A DNA stretch of 62,841 nucleotides, the filler included, from Globobulimina sp. (taxonomy: Eukaryota), in NCBI GenBank assembly GCA_003354225.1. It is 22 parts of 22 records of this genome, joined end to end, with 100 filler letters (N's around TTAATTAATTAA, not from the genome) between each part and the next. Parts side by side here need not be neighbours in the genome. Positions count along the whole stretch, not along the records: positions 51,503 to 54,262 come from PIVH01005013.1; positions 54,363 to 57,122 come from PIVH01005014.1; positions 57,223 to 59,982 come from PIVH01005015.1; positions 60,083 to 62,841 come from PIVH01005016.1; 18 more parts are not named here. One strand, given 5' to 3'. Made by a program: the position numbers and the translations under genes. Shown piece by piece: positions 51,822 through 62,841 of the stretch (positions are counted from its first letter, which is position 1; every line of letters begins with the position of its first letter). Under the pieces are notes generated by a model. The model saw only the letters and a program-made list of their open reading frames with translations, was not told the origin of the DNA and did no database searches.

Positions 51822-52780
51822 TTAATAATCGTTATCATTATCCATGATTTCTTTCGTTAGTTTCTGTAAATCCGTTTTACTCAATTTCATTGTAGTCATT
51901 CTTTTTTCATGTTGTGTCACCACAACATCTGCAGCAAAATTATCCAATAATTGAACAAATTCATCCAATTGCAATATACCATCATCTCCAGCGATTGAGT
52001 TCCAATCACCAGAGCGGGTCAAACGCAATTGATATTCCAACGGCAATGTAAACTTAAATTGTGTGAATTGTTGCCTTGAGATTCCATCCACGCCCTTCTT
52101 CCATTCAAATCTATCAAAGCAGACATGCAATATCTTCCTTTCTTTTTTGACCAACTCCTCTTTCCATTTATTCTCCATTTTCCCAGCCATCTCTCTTAAA
52201 CCACTCAAGATTTCCAAAGACCGCTGACCGGTCGCTTCCAAATTTTCATTCAACCTTCGAAATTTGCCCAGTGTTATCTCTTGTCTTTTGATTGAATCTT
52301 TTAAGCGTATTCGCGTGTCCTTCAATTCTATGTATATTTATATATTGTCATTAGTCTCATTACTGTGTAGTATGTAAAAGATAAGCAAAGATATAACGAA
52401 TATTAACCATCCTTGGCATGAGCGAATCTATCGACTTCATTGGTTAATATCTGGTTTTCTTCAGCAAATATTTTGTTATTTGCAGAGAAAGTATCGACTT
52501 CTTGTTTAAGGTTTAATAATGTACGAAAATGACAAAATCCATATAGATTGGAAACAAGACCAGTTAGGCCAGCAACAAAGAAACAGGTATTTGGGTGGAA
52601 TCCGATGGCATATGACACTCCCAATAGTAATACCACAGATAATGAAGTAATAAATGTGACCGATGCGACAAACGTTTTGGGATTTTGTTTTAAATAAATA
52701 AATAAATCACCACATCCACCAACATCAGCACATTTCTTTTTGGGGATGAAACCGTAGATATTATCTTGTTTTTCATCCAT
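51822..52780 (-). CDS. Two-TM + coiled-coil + EF-hand-like protein, one intron; probable paralog of 49182-50195
   Basis: Same architecture, with C-terminal AGDDGILQLDEF. Confidence 0.7.
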
Positions 52781-52888
52781 AATTTAATTTAGCAGTAAAA
52801 CGACTGAAGTGGAAAAAACTTTTTTCTGTCTGGTTAATATGAAAAACACTATTTGTTATATATATAAGCATGTATTAAAGGATCGATA

Positions 52889-54174
52889 TTAATTGATATG
52901 GCAACAATTATTTGGACAAGGATACGTTTCATTATCAAAATATAAATTCTTTGTATTATTTCCATAATAAAAATCATACATTGCCCGTCCACTCGAAACA
53001 CTATAAACATTATTCCAGCCACAATGATATCTGCAGGACGACAAATATCCGCAATGATTATTATTCAACGAAGTCAATGTAAAATTTGTAACATATGACC
53101 TTGTAATATTTGTTCCATATTCATTTATCATTGTAACATTTCCGTCATTCAAATCGCAATTAATTTGCCAATCGTCATACTGTGATTGAAAGGAAATTAT
53201 TTTTGTTTGAATGAATGGAGCAACATTTTGTGCATAAACACAATTATAATATGCCTCTCTGTTCGCACCGTACGACTCAATGCAATCTCCATTCACACTC
53301 AGATTCTGCGAATTGTATAAATATCGCATTGCTGCAGAATAATTTGCGGCACTTTGATAGTTATAAAAAAAGCCGCTATCCGCCATTCCCATTATTTTTA
53401 TGTTTGAATTGCCTGTTTTGTTTGTCACATATTGTGAAATAAAGTCAATATTCAAATAGACGGACAATGCGCCACTCGAACAGCCACCAATCATTATATC
53501 CGTCGCATGCATCATCTCTTTATTCAGTAACAAATCATCAATAATTGCCAACAGATTCCTATGTCCACGAAAGTAGAGAGACACATTTTTATTTGGAACA
53601 GTGATAGAATCATCCAAATTATTTGCATACGACGCACCATCACAATAACGCGTCCATGCAATGTTCCAATTGTAGGCCAATGGATTTATATTCGGATCAG
53701 TGCTGAAATACTGCCTCGAACTGGAGGGCAATGCCTGATACGGTTCGTCATACAGCGAAGAGCCACTACTTGTTAAGGATCGCGAGTAGCAATCATCCCA
53801 TGAGTACCGTATGCTGGCGAACACCATGCACCGCCTGCTAAGTAAATAAAATATTTGTGCGGTGCTAAAAGAGATGTATCATTGGTATAGATGCCCGGTG
53901 TTGGTCGGTAATAATATGCGGCCGGCGAACCATCCAAACATTTTGCTCCTATACCGGTCTCTTCATTTGCTGCTTCGACTAATGATACATGATATGCTGG
54001 AATTTCATTTGTATCTTTTAACGTTTCTGCCGACAATAATCCATCGTTACAACCATAACCGGCTTGTTTCATTGATGCCGGATATTCGTTATGTTTCCAA
54101 TCAAAATCAAATGCATTTGAGAATAACAACAATGAGACTAAAACTAAGACAGTGCGTAAGCTGTTGGCTGACAT
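52889..54174 (-). pseudogene. Pectin acetylesterase/Notum family protein with internal frameshift near 53806
   Basis: AKCLDGSPA.YY, GGAWC, then CYSRS...GSS, NP...WN..RYCDGAS, FRG, GCSSG, ADSGFF and YDDWQ. The two halves are in different frames with no room for an intron. Confidence 0.8.
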
Positions 54175-54476
54175 GCTTCGACTAATTATCAAAAGTTACA
54201 AAACTTACTTCAAATAAGAATAAAGAATGGGTGCTTGTTTCTGTTTTGAAGAAACAAATAAANNNNNNNNNNNNNNNNNNNNNNNNNNNNNNNNNNNNNN
54301 NNNNNNTTAATTAATTAANNNNNNNNNNNNNNNNNNNNNNNNNNNNNNNNNNNNNNNNNNNNGGTCAACAACCCCCAAACCTCCCGTTGACAGGTATGAC
54401 TAATGACTCCACCCCTGCTGCATGTCTGATATGTACATACCCATAAAGCAGACATAAGAAATCAAACAATGGCAAA

Positions 54477-56666
54477 CTATTTCCTATATCCCTGTTGCTT
54501 ATGCTTATTTCTATGTTCAAAGTTTTTCAACATGTGCCATCGTCGGTAGCAAGTGGGAATACAAAGTCGTACTTTACATGTGCTGCATGCAACTCTGCTA
54601 CGAACTGTTCGACCATGAACAACACATGCACCTCTGCTGGTTTTATTGGGGAAATGGCGATATCTCTTGTCGAATCTCAGTTTGTCCATATATTCTCTGA
54701 TTTGAACGTTCGAGTAATAAGCCGCCATTTTTCTGGGAACAGTTACGGGCACTTTACCATCAGTTAAAATTGTCTCTCCTTCTTCGTACAACCAACCATC
54801 AATGTTGTCTATCCTTCCATTTTTTCCATCTATTTCATTAGCGTACGATAATAAACCCTAAATAAAACAATGTATTTAACACTGAAGTGCATTTCATAAG
54901 TCAGTCAGGTAAGGGAACTAACGATATATGTATATGGTACCTGATCCATATATGGACCCGGTGCCATATATATGGCACCCTTTCACGCCAAGTGGTACCA
55001 TATTTGGTACCAGTACCATACATGTACCTGATACCATATATGGTACCCTTTCAAACTTGCCCCCAAGGGTTACCATATATATAACAGGAAAGTTACATTA
55101 AACCCATTTTCCCTGACTTTTATGGAAAAATAGCTCTAAATCATGACTTTCCTGACATAAAACGAAAAAAATTAAAATCCTGACTTTTCTTGACCGCTAA
55201 GACCTCTGATTTATGGTACCAGTACCATACAAGTACCATACAGTATATGGTACCCCTTGAGAGTGAATTTGAAAGGGTACCATATATGGCAGTTGGTACC
55301 AGTACCAAATGGTACCACTTCAACAATAATGAAAATTCTTAACCATCGACGAAAGGGTTTTCAAATTCTCTCTCAAGGGGTACCATATATGGTACCCCTG
55401 GGGGGCACGTTTGAAAGGGTACCATATATGGTACCACTTGACGTGAAAGAGTACCATATATGGATCAGGTACCATATACTGTATCGTAAGTTCCCTGTCT
55501 GTATTGTAAGTGGCGATGACAGTGTTGTTTTGTTTGGTCGGTTTGGGGATTTTTGCGATAATTTTTTGGGATTTTTCGACCATTTTTCCCTCTATAATTC
55601 ATTCTATTGCCTTAAATATGGACCAGATATGCTTGTATTTGATGTTTTTAAGCCTACAGCAGAGCCAATATTAGATCCAAAAAAGTCAAAAATCGACAAA
55701 AAGTAGAATTTGAAATTGGGCCCCAAAGCGAAAACGGTCAAAATTGGAAACTTTCTCTTAATAACCTAAATATACCGTTTCTGGACTAATTTTTGTCATA
55801 TAGTTCATGTTTCGTACTTAGAAGACCGGTGTTACCATTACATACATGTCATGACATGTCCCAAACATAAGAAAAACCAACCTCAATGACAGCCACATGG
55901 AAATCCAACCGATTCTTGCTTAATAAACTGTCAGGGAACGTATGTTGGTGAATTATATAGGAATTGAGAATGGATAATTCCAGTACCCTAAAGTTTAGTT
56001 TAGTTTATTTTTGATATTTGATAGAATATAAATACTATCAAAATAGCACTATTTAAATAGTTTTTAAAAAAATAGAATAGTATTTAAATTACAGTACCTA
56101 AACCATATTGCCATATACCAACGCACTTGCCGAATTTGCACATGTGTCGAAGCGAGCAACTGATCAGCTAAAAATGAAGCAACCTAAAGTTAAACATGAA
56201 GCAAAGAAAAAATGAAGCGACCAACCGAGATCTACTCCTCCCATGTATTGGTTATATTCACGAACGACTTTAGGGCATTTTATCCTTTTTATACCCCATT
56301 TCTCAGTTTCTTCATCCTTGAGCTTTCTATCAACTTCAGACTTGTCTTCAACAATATGAGGCAATGAACTGGCGATTCTGACAGACCCATTGTCAATCCA
56401 ATGCGTCAATGTAATGTTACTAGTATGTAAGTGTTTTGAGTCACCTGCAAAAGATTAAACAATTAATAGGAAAATACATTGCTTTGCTTTGAACACTAAA
56501 TTTGTCATTGGCAGGGAAGGTTTAGGAAGTTCAACCCTATGGTACCCTTTTTTCCCTGATTCAAATCCCAAATTCTCTGATTTTTGAAAACGATTTTTTG
56601 GCGTTGGGAATTTTTCTCTCTCGTGTATTAGGACAGTGAACTCTGGCTGATTGGAGGCTGAATTCC
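54477..56666 (-). CDS. piggyBac-like transposase (C-terminal part), spliced, open frame
   Basis: WIDNGSV..ASS, CPKVVREYNQYMGGVDL|ADQ, RWY..IWF|R.LELSILNSYII and F.VAVIE|GLL, followed by the Cys-rich tail HFP...CVVH...CSTCKVRLC..CY..WH. GT-AG introns at 54858-55881, 55988-56097, 56168-56225 and about 56446-56478. Confidence 0.85.
54912..55496. mobile_element. Foldback/MITE-like element (about 585 bp) with long imperfect TIRs built from GGTACCATATATGGTACC palindromes
   Basis: The left end AGGGAACTAACGATATATGTATATGGTACCTGATCCATATATGG is a near-perfect reverse complement of the right end, and the similarity extends more than 100 nt inward. No clear TSD. Confidence 0.8.
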
Positions 56667-56942
56667 CTGATAAAAATAAATATATGAATTCTTCCTCATG
56701 AAACGGAAGGATAATGGTAGTGAGAAGTTTTGGGAAAATCGGTGTTCTGAAAGCGAGTTAGCCTGTATTTTGATTTGCATTTTTAATTCCATTTAAAGTC
56801 AAGCAAATTCGAATTGTGAGCGTCAACACGATTTTTTTATTTTTTTGCTTATTGAAGGAGCAAAAATTCAATGTGCGTCAGTGCGTCGTCAACAGGAATT
56901 TGTGCATTTTACCTTTTTACTATTTAAGTTTAGTATCATAAG

Positions 56943-57114
56943 AAAGAGCGAAAGAAACTGATCTTAAAAAGTATTTTTCTGAAATTTTATTGGGTCACGA
57001 GAAAAAAACTAAAAACTAATCTGCGCAACATAAACTTTTTCACGTATTTCTCGTGACAAGTGCAAATTTTAAAAATATAAAAATACTTTTTAAAATCAAT
57101 TTTTTTTGCTCTTT
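56943..57114. repeat. Imperfect inverted repeat (MITE-like hairpin, about 170 bp)
   Basis: AAAGAGCGAAAGAAACTGATCTTAAAAAGTATTT pairs with the AAATACTTTTTAAAATCAA(T)nGCTCTTT segment; inner TCACGAGAAA pairs with TTTCTCGTGA. Confidence 0.7.
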
Positions 57115-57250
57115 CCGTTGATNNNNNNNNNNNNNNNNNNNNNNNNNNNNNNNNNNNNNNNNNNNNTTAATTAATTAANNNNNNNNNNNNNNNNNNNNNN
57201 NNNNNNNNNNNNNNNNNNNNNNAGTATCCTTGCGTTCTGTGATTGTTTAT

Positions 57251-57319
57251 GTGCACATAGCTCAAATATAGAGCACTGGCGATCGCCAGGGATACAGGTT
57301 CAAATCCTGTTGTTGCACT
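57251..57319 (+). ncRNA. tRNA-like element lacking an anticodon loop (copy 1)
   Basis: Acceptor GTGCACA/TGTTGCAC, D arm GCTC/GAGC with box A TAGCTCAAAT, T arm ACAGG-TTCAAAT-CCTGT (box B). The anticodon arm is the palindrome CTGGCGATCGCCAG. Confidence 0.75.
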
Positions 57320-57879
57320 GGCGATAGCCCTCCAGGTTTGTATTATATTTTATATGTGATTGTGATCTCTTTGGCGTATTGTGTTTGTGCAAGGATAAAT
57401 TCTTTCCGTTTTGTATCTTTTATTTTATTCCGTTTCGTTTTGATATTTTTATTGTGTTTTATGTGTATTTGTTTGTTATTGTATTGTTTTAATATTTGCA
57501 TCGCCGTTTGTTGGGCGTGTAGTACTTTTTTGCCAGTGCAAGGATAATTTTCTTATTCAGCAAATATTTGATTGTTCAGCAAATGAAATCATGTAAACTT
57601 TTTTTCTGCAAAATCAAAAACGAATCAGTTTCCATTTTTGTTTTTGAGTGCTATACAAAGTGTCACTTTTAATTGTGATTTGTGAAAACTTTTTGGGTGG
57701 TTTGGTCATTTATGACCAGGCCATGGGTCTAACAACAACTATAATGAAGTCGCAAATGGATACCATTATTCTCAATCCATAATGCAAAGTCCTCCAGATA
57801 TCAATATAAGTCATCTGGAAACGCTTATGGTTTGAATGTAAAAATGGATTCAAATTTTATGATGGAATTTGAGAATAAT

Positions 57880-58560
57880 TAATCAATAAATTGATATAAA
57901 AACAATATTCTATTATAAGCCAATGAGATTCAATCAAAATTATAAGAATAATACAAATTTTATACTTACATTCAACATCAATTGAATCAATAAATCGATA
58001 TAAAATTAATTAGAAAATCAATTTTCTACCATAAACCAATGAGATTTAATCAAAACAAAAAGAAAATCGTAATTTGGATTGTAAATTCAAACAATATTCA
58101 ACATATAATACAAATTCAATCAAATTAATTAGAATATCAATTTTCTATCATAAACCAATGAGATTCAATCAAAACAAAAAGAAAATCGTAATTTGGATGG
58201 TAAATTCGAACAATATTCAGCATATAACGCAAATCATCAAAAAGAAAAAAATTGATTCAAATTTATGCGATGGAATTTGCGTGGAATGTATACAATTTTT
58301 ATAATTATATTCAATATAAATGCAATCAATAAATGGATATAAAATTAATTGGAATATCGATATTCTATCACATAAAATTGGAAAGCAATCATAAAATCGT
58401 AATTTAGAGGATCAATTTAAGTCATTTTAGTGCAAATTTAATTAAAATAAAATCATGAATGGAATTCTATCATAAACCAATGAGATTCAATTAAAAATCA
58501 TAAGAAAATCATAATTTGGATGGTAAATTCAAACAATATTCAAAATATATACAATTTTAT
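57880..58560 (+). repeat. Degenerate minisatellite, unit about 110-120 bp, about five copies
   Basis: Recurring TTCTATCATAAACCAATGAGATTCAATCAAAA...GAAAATCGTAATTTGGATGGTAAATTC. Confidence 0.85.
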
Positions 58561-59159
58561 GAATGGAATGTGGTTCAAAAGGAACACCAATGCCAAGTCA
58601 AATGAATTCAATCAAATCAAATGGAAAATATGATATATAGAAAGTCAAATTTATTCAAAAGAAACATCAATTCAAAATGAATTAAAAATTGTAATTTATA
58701 AAGCAAATGTGTTCTATTTCCAGATAAGAACATTTTTGTGTGCATTTATTTCAGAACTTCTCTCAAAATAAATTTCTTTGCTCAAAAAAACAAAAGTTTA
58801 CATTTGCTCAAAATTATTTGCTGAATAATAAGATCATTTGCAGAATAATCAAATTATCTTTATATACATAATAAAGCCTCATCATCCTTGCACTAACAAA
58901 CACGCACAAAGAGACCCATCAAAAGGTCATGCAAATAATAAAAATAAACAAAACAAAATTCAACAAAAAATAATAAAAATACACATATACATAAAACACA
59001 ATAACAAAACGAAACGGAATAAAACAAAACATATAAAATAAATAAATTTAAAATAAAACACGGAATAAAATTAAAACAAGATACAAAACGGAAAGAAATT
59101 ATCCTTACACAATCACATATAATATATAAAATATAATACAAACCTGGAGGGCTATCGCC

Positions 59160-59228
59160 AGTGCAACAACAGGATTTGAACCTGTATCCCTGGCGATCGC
59201 CAGTGCTCTATATTTGAGCTATATGCAC
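59160..59228 (-). ncRNA. tRNA-like element lacking an anticodon loop (copy 2)
   Basis: Identical to copy 1 except one C>T in the acceptor stem, which keeps pairing as G-U. Confidence 0.75.
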
Positions 59229-60082
59229 ATAAACAATCACAGACGCAAGGATACTGTGTTGCGAACTAAATAATTCCAATTTACAATGCAATGTACAACA
59301 AATAAAAGAAAGCATAACTTAGTTGGATGAATGCATTGGATTGCAATTGCATTATCGTGCATAGCACTAAACAACCATGCTGACATGGTGATAAGATGAT
59401 GTAAAATAAGATGTTGAGATTAAACTAAAACTTCAAGCTACAAATCGTCTGAATGTCATAATGGCGTTACAGTTTAACAGAAAGCAAGTAGCAACAGCAA
59501 ACATTGGCCAATGTTGTCGCATCATTGAATTGAAGATAAAATAATATGGATATGAATGAAAATACTGCATTGAACGGTTTGTTTTGTTTTATGCAATATT
59601 TGGAGTTAGTATATATGGATGGTATTAAGATTTGATATTAAGTTTGGATATTAAGCCCGGATATTAAGTTTGGATGAAATGGTTTCAAAACACAAAATAA
59701 AGCATGCAATCATCTTCTACGATGTTCTGCGATAATAAAATGATATTCCAACGGTGTTTATTTTTCAATTTTTCCTTTTTTCATCTTGTTTTTTCAAATC
59801 TTACTCAAAATGTGAATACTCAAAAATGTTTTAATTTTGACTGGCATGCCTTGACGCCATGTCGTCATGGCATGTCGAGATAAACGCAAAGGAATTGTGT
59901 GACATGGCACACACTAACAAGTCGGCAATGATAATGAATTAAAGCAAAGGAATTGTGTGAATATTCACACCCAAACAAACATNNNNNNNNNNNNNNNNNN
60001 NNNNNNNNNNNNNNNNNNNNNNNNNNTTAATTAATTAANNNNNNNNNNNNNNNNNNNNNNNNNNNNNNNNNNNNNNNNNNNN

Positions 60083-62841
60083 TCCAGTGGTAGTATGGTG
60101 CATGGTGATGGTACCCATTCTGGCATTAAAATCGCCAATGATGTACATACTATGGCATAGTGGCTTGAATTTATTGATATCCGTCGTCAAAGAATCGTAG
60201 AAATCGCGGCTGCGGTCACTGAGCTTTGGCTTATATGTGCGGGCATAGTTGATGGCAATATAGGATGGTTTGGATTGTCCTTTTATTTGTATGGAGATCC
60301 ATGCCGTGTTATGGCCTCTCGTCTTCTGTATCAATTTCATTTTATTGCGGAGAGTGTATTTATAATATATCAGTATCCCGCCAACATTTTGCAAGTTATT
60401 TGTGGAAATTGGAGCTTTGTGAACCATCAATTTATATCCAGGCAATTTCCAATTGGGTCGATGGACCCTTCTGGTGTCAATTAGCAGTATAATATCTAAT
60501 TTGTGATGTATTACAAGCTGCTGCATGTATGGATGCATTTGGTTGATCTTGGTCTTGGCCTTACCATTGATATTCAGGAAGCCTATTTTCAAGTTTTTTA
60601 TTTTAATTTTGGTGGAGGATATGGGCTCAACTTCGGGGGCATAAATCTGCATAAAAGGATATTTTAAAATGATTTCAGGGATATCAGCGTCAGAGTGCTG
60701 GTCGTTTGTGATGTAATCTTGTATCACTTTACTGACCATATAATTTTTATATTCGCGTAGTTTGACGTTGTTGGTGCGGTATTTATTGATTGCTTTCTTA
60801 TACATTTGATTTAATGATATTATTGCATTGTTTTTTTGGTTGTTGATCAAATTATCTCTGTGCAAAGAGTGCAAATCTATATTCAGGCTGTTGTGGGTTC
60901 CTTGCCAGTGATCGCGAATTTCATCAGCTTTCTTGTCCAACGGCACATACCATTTTATGTGGTAGTTGTTGTTTGTTGCTGATTGTCGCAGAACTGGGTA
61001 GTTTTCAACATAGTGGTTTTTCACTATAAAATCGTAAAGTGTTAGTATTTTAGCCGCGCTCTTGTTGAAAGCATGGAGCTGTCGATACACAGTTTCTTCC
61101 ACCGTCTCTTTGTTGTATGGTATTTTCTTGAAACGAATGTGGATATGTTGAGGGAATCGGCGCAGAATGAACGATTTAATTGGATGATAACGATGTTGTG
61201 GCATACGCAAAGTCACCCAACGTAGCGATTTATCCATGATGATTTTAATATATTTGTAGAACTTTCTGAGTCTATGTTGATATCGCTCAATAAATCGGTA
61301 ATGCATTCAGTTTTAATGACATACATGAAATGGTTGAAGTAATTATGGATTGAATGGCTGGTCTTATTTCCGAGGAAGAAATGATTATTTTGCAGGGTGT
61401 CGAGTGTCGTGCAATGTTTCTGCTTATAACGTATGTGTACGTTGCTATGTTTTGACAAAAAGATAACGCGGTGTAATGATAGCAATTTAATATTAGGCAA
61501 ACAGTTCAGTGTAGCAATGGTGCCATCGGCATATGTCTCATTGTACAGATCAATGAACTCATTTATTACAAAAATAAAACGAAAAAAAGAATAATAAAAG
61601 TATGGAATGTAAGAAAAAATAAGACTGATTTTATAGAAATAAAGAAAAAAAAGAGCTAGGTTTGTTTGGTAGGTTGTTTTTGTCGGACGACAGGAAAAAA
61701 TTAATAATAAGGAAAAAGAAGAGGTAGATTGTAGGAGAGATTGCAGATAATTCAGTGGGATGACGATTGGGCTGATACAGCCATTAGGTGCGACCAGGCA
61801 TAGTGTTTAGAGCTCGGTAATGAAGTCATAGCGGTCATAGTCATTTACGTTATTTTTGTTTGCTGCATTATTATCTGTCTTTTCTTCGTCTTCTGAGGCA
61901 TCGTCCGAGCGGTTATTTGCATCAATCTCATACTCCCGCACTACTTTGGTATCAATACGTGATTGCACGCCCACTCTCTGCTTATTTAGGAGCGAAGCTA
62001 AGGCCGTTTCGTTCAATACCAACTCATCGCCAACATACTTTAATACTTTGTGAAATAGTAGATGTCCGACGTCATTCTGGCCGAATTTGGCTACAATTTG
62101 CTCATTGAAAGTCAATCCCAACTGATCCATAGTGTCTAATTGGTTCCATGTTATTGGCTCGTCATCGATGCGTAGGTCTTTAATGCGGGAGATTGCGTAC
62201 GAATTGCAATAGGTAATCAGGGTATGTTCACTTGGCGCATTTCCTAAGCCGGGGATACCTTTGAATCCATCCTCATATTGCGGTCGTATGGTGGCACATC
62301 CTTTGCATTTCGCGGTTAAGTGGCCACATTTACTTTGTATGGACACTTTATGCAATTTATTCAAGGTACGGGTGATGGCCTCATTCTTTTTCCCGTCTCT
62401 GGTCATATCGCTTTCAATTTTGGTTTTCAATTCGTCCAATCTCGCTGCATAATGGTTACATTTGTTAGGTTGAATGCAGAAATATGACGGGCCAAAATGG
62501 CATTTGCTCGACAGTTGTAAGTGCATCGTAGACAGCGCTATGATGTCTTTCTCGTAGGTCTCAGTGATATGGATCTCGGTGCCAAGGACCACCATGGAAT
62601 TGGACATCAGCGCTTTATTCGCATAAAAATGGAGGTTATTATTTAAGTCCGCAGCAGGAACGCCAGTCAATAGGTTACGCGGTGTATTTTTGAACGAGAA
62701 TTTGAAGGCATGGTCGTTGGAATGCATCTGATATGGATGCGCATAATTTATGATATGGATATCTGGCTCAATGGGGGCGACATTGTTGAGGATGTACTCA
62801 ACTTCTTTGCGGTTTAAATACGGAGATAAATGGTGGAGATC
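60083..62841 (-). mobile_element. Non-LTR retrotransposon (LINE, APE-type): ORF1-like + ORF2 endonuclease, partial
   Basis: ORF 60083-61306 carries APE motifs GFLNING, DIILLIDT, GGILIY, NYA and IIGDFNA. An upstream intronless ORF at 61807 to beyond 62727 is separated by a low-complexity spacer. Confidence 0.75.

Larger units (their letters stand above)
57223..59255. repeat. About 2-kb inverted-repeat structure: arms at about 57223-57610 and 58780-59255
   Basis: The outer ~115 nt are nearly identical in reverse complement; the inner T-rich arms are homologous but diverged. Confidence 0.9.

Noticed and set aside
54935-55480. GGTACCATATATGGTACC repeats as CRISPR, and ORFs 54887-55706 as genes
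   Set aside because: Spacing is irregular and the structure is globally inverted. The ORFs are repeat-derived (VPYMVP, YHIW) and lie inside an intron.
57278-57287. GGCGATCGCC as cyanobacterial HIP1 evidence
   Set aside because: Only two copies, both within the tRNA-like repeat; the contig is AT-rich and non-bacterial.
57251-57319. Functional decoding tRNA
   Set aside because: No 7-nt anticodon loop and a bulged acceptor stem; reported as tRNA-like instead.
57880-58560. Possible CRISPR array
   Set aside because: Whole ~115-bp units are homologous with no unique spacers; eukaryotic context and no cas genes.
59841-59970. Short palindromic GCATGCC/GGCATG segment and duplicated AAAGGAATTGTGTGA
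   Set aside because: Too short and cut by the contig end; no structure can be supported.
2764-60082. Regularly spaced TTAATTAATTAA motif as a biological repeat or piggyBac TTAA target array
   Set aside because: It is always centred in N runs at fixed spacing, so it is an artificial linker. Adjacency of genes across spacers carries no meaning.

Overview
This window is not one locus. It is 22 unrelated contigs of about 2.76 kb each, sorted by length (2763 down to 2759 bp) and joined by an artificial 100-nt spacer (44 N, TTAATTAATTAA, 44 N). The DNA is from an AT-rich, very gene-dense eukaryote with mostly short (about 40-110 nt) GT-AG introns. Gene content and intron style resemble a foraminiferan or other rhizarian protist; this is an inference, not a verified assignment. 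Recognisable genes include a C2H2 zinc finger, GH3 beta-xylosidase, radial spoke protein 3, a CDPK, a sulfatase, a plant-like PLS-E PPR protein, a UBA2-like RRM protein, a Set2-type SET protein, a DHHC palmitoyltransferase, ferroportin, PPCDC, PARG, dynein LC8, a deoxynucleoside kinase, a multicopper oxidase, a sulfotransferase, a cNMP-domain K+ channel and a pectin acetylesterase/Notum. Mobile DNA includes a DIRS/Ngaro-like retrotransposon, an APE-type LINE, a spliced piggyBac transposase and foldback/MITE elements. The most interesting signals are: (i) an inverted pair of anticodon-less tRNA-like genes flanking a minisatellite; (ii) an intron-rich, open-frame piggyBac transposase, possibly domesticated, with a palindromic foldback element in one intron; (iii) an IRE-like hairpin directly upstream of ferroportin; (iv) a PLS-E RNA-editing-type PPR protein outside plants. 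All family calls are by motif recognition only; no searches were run.
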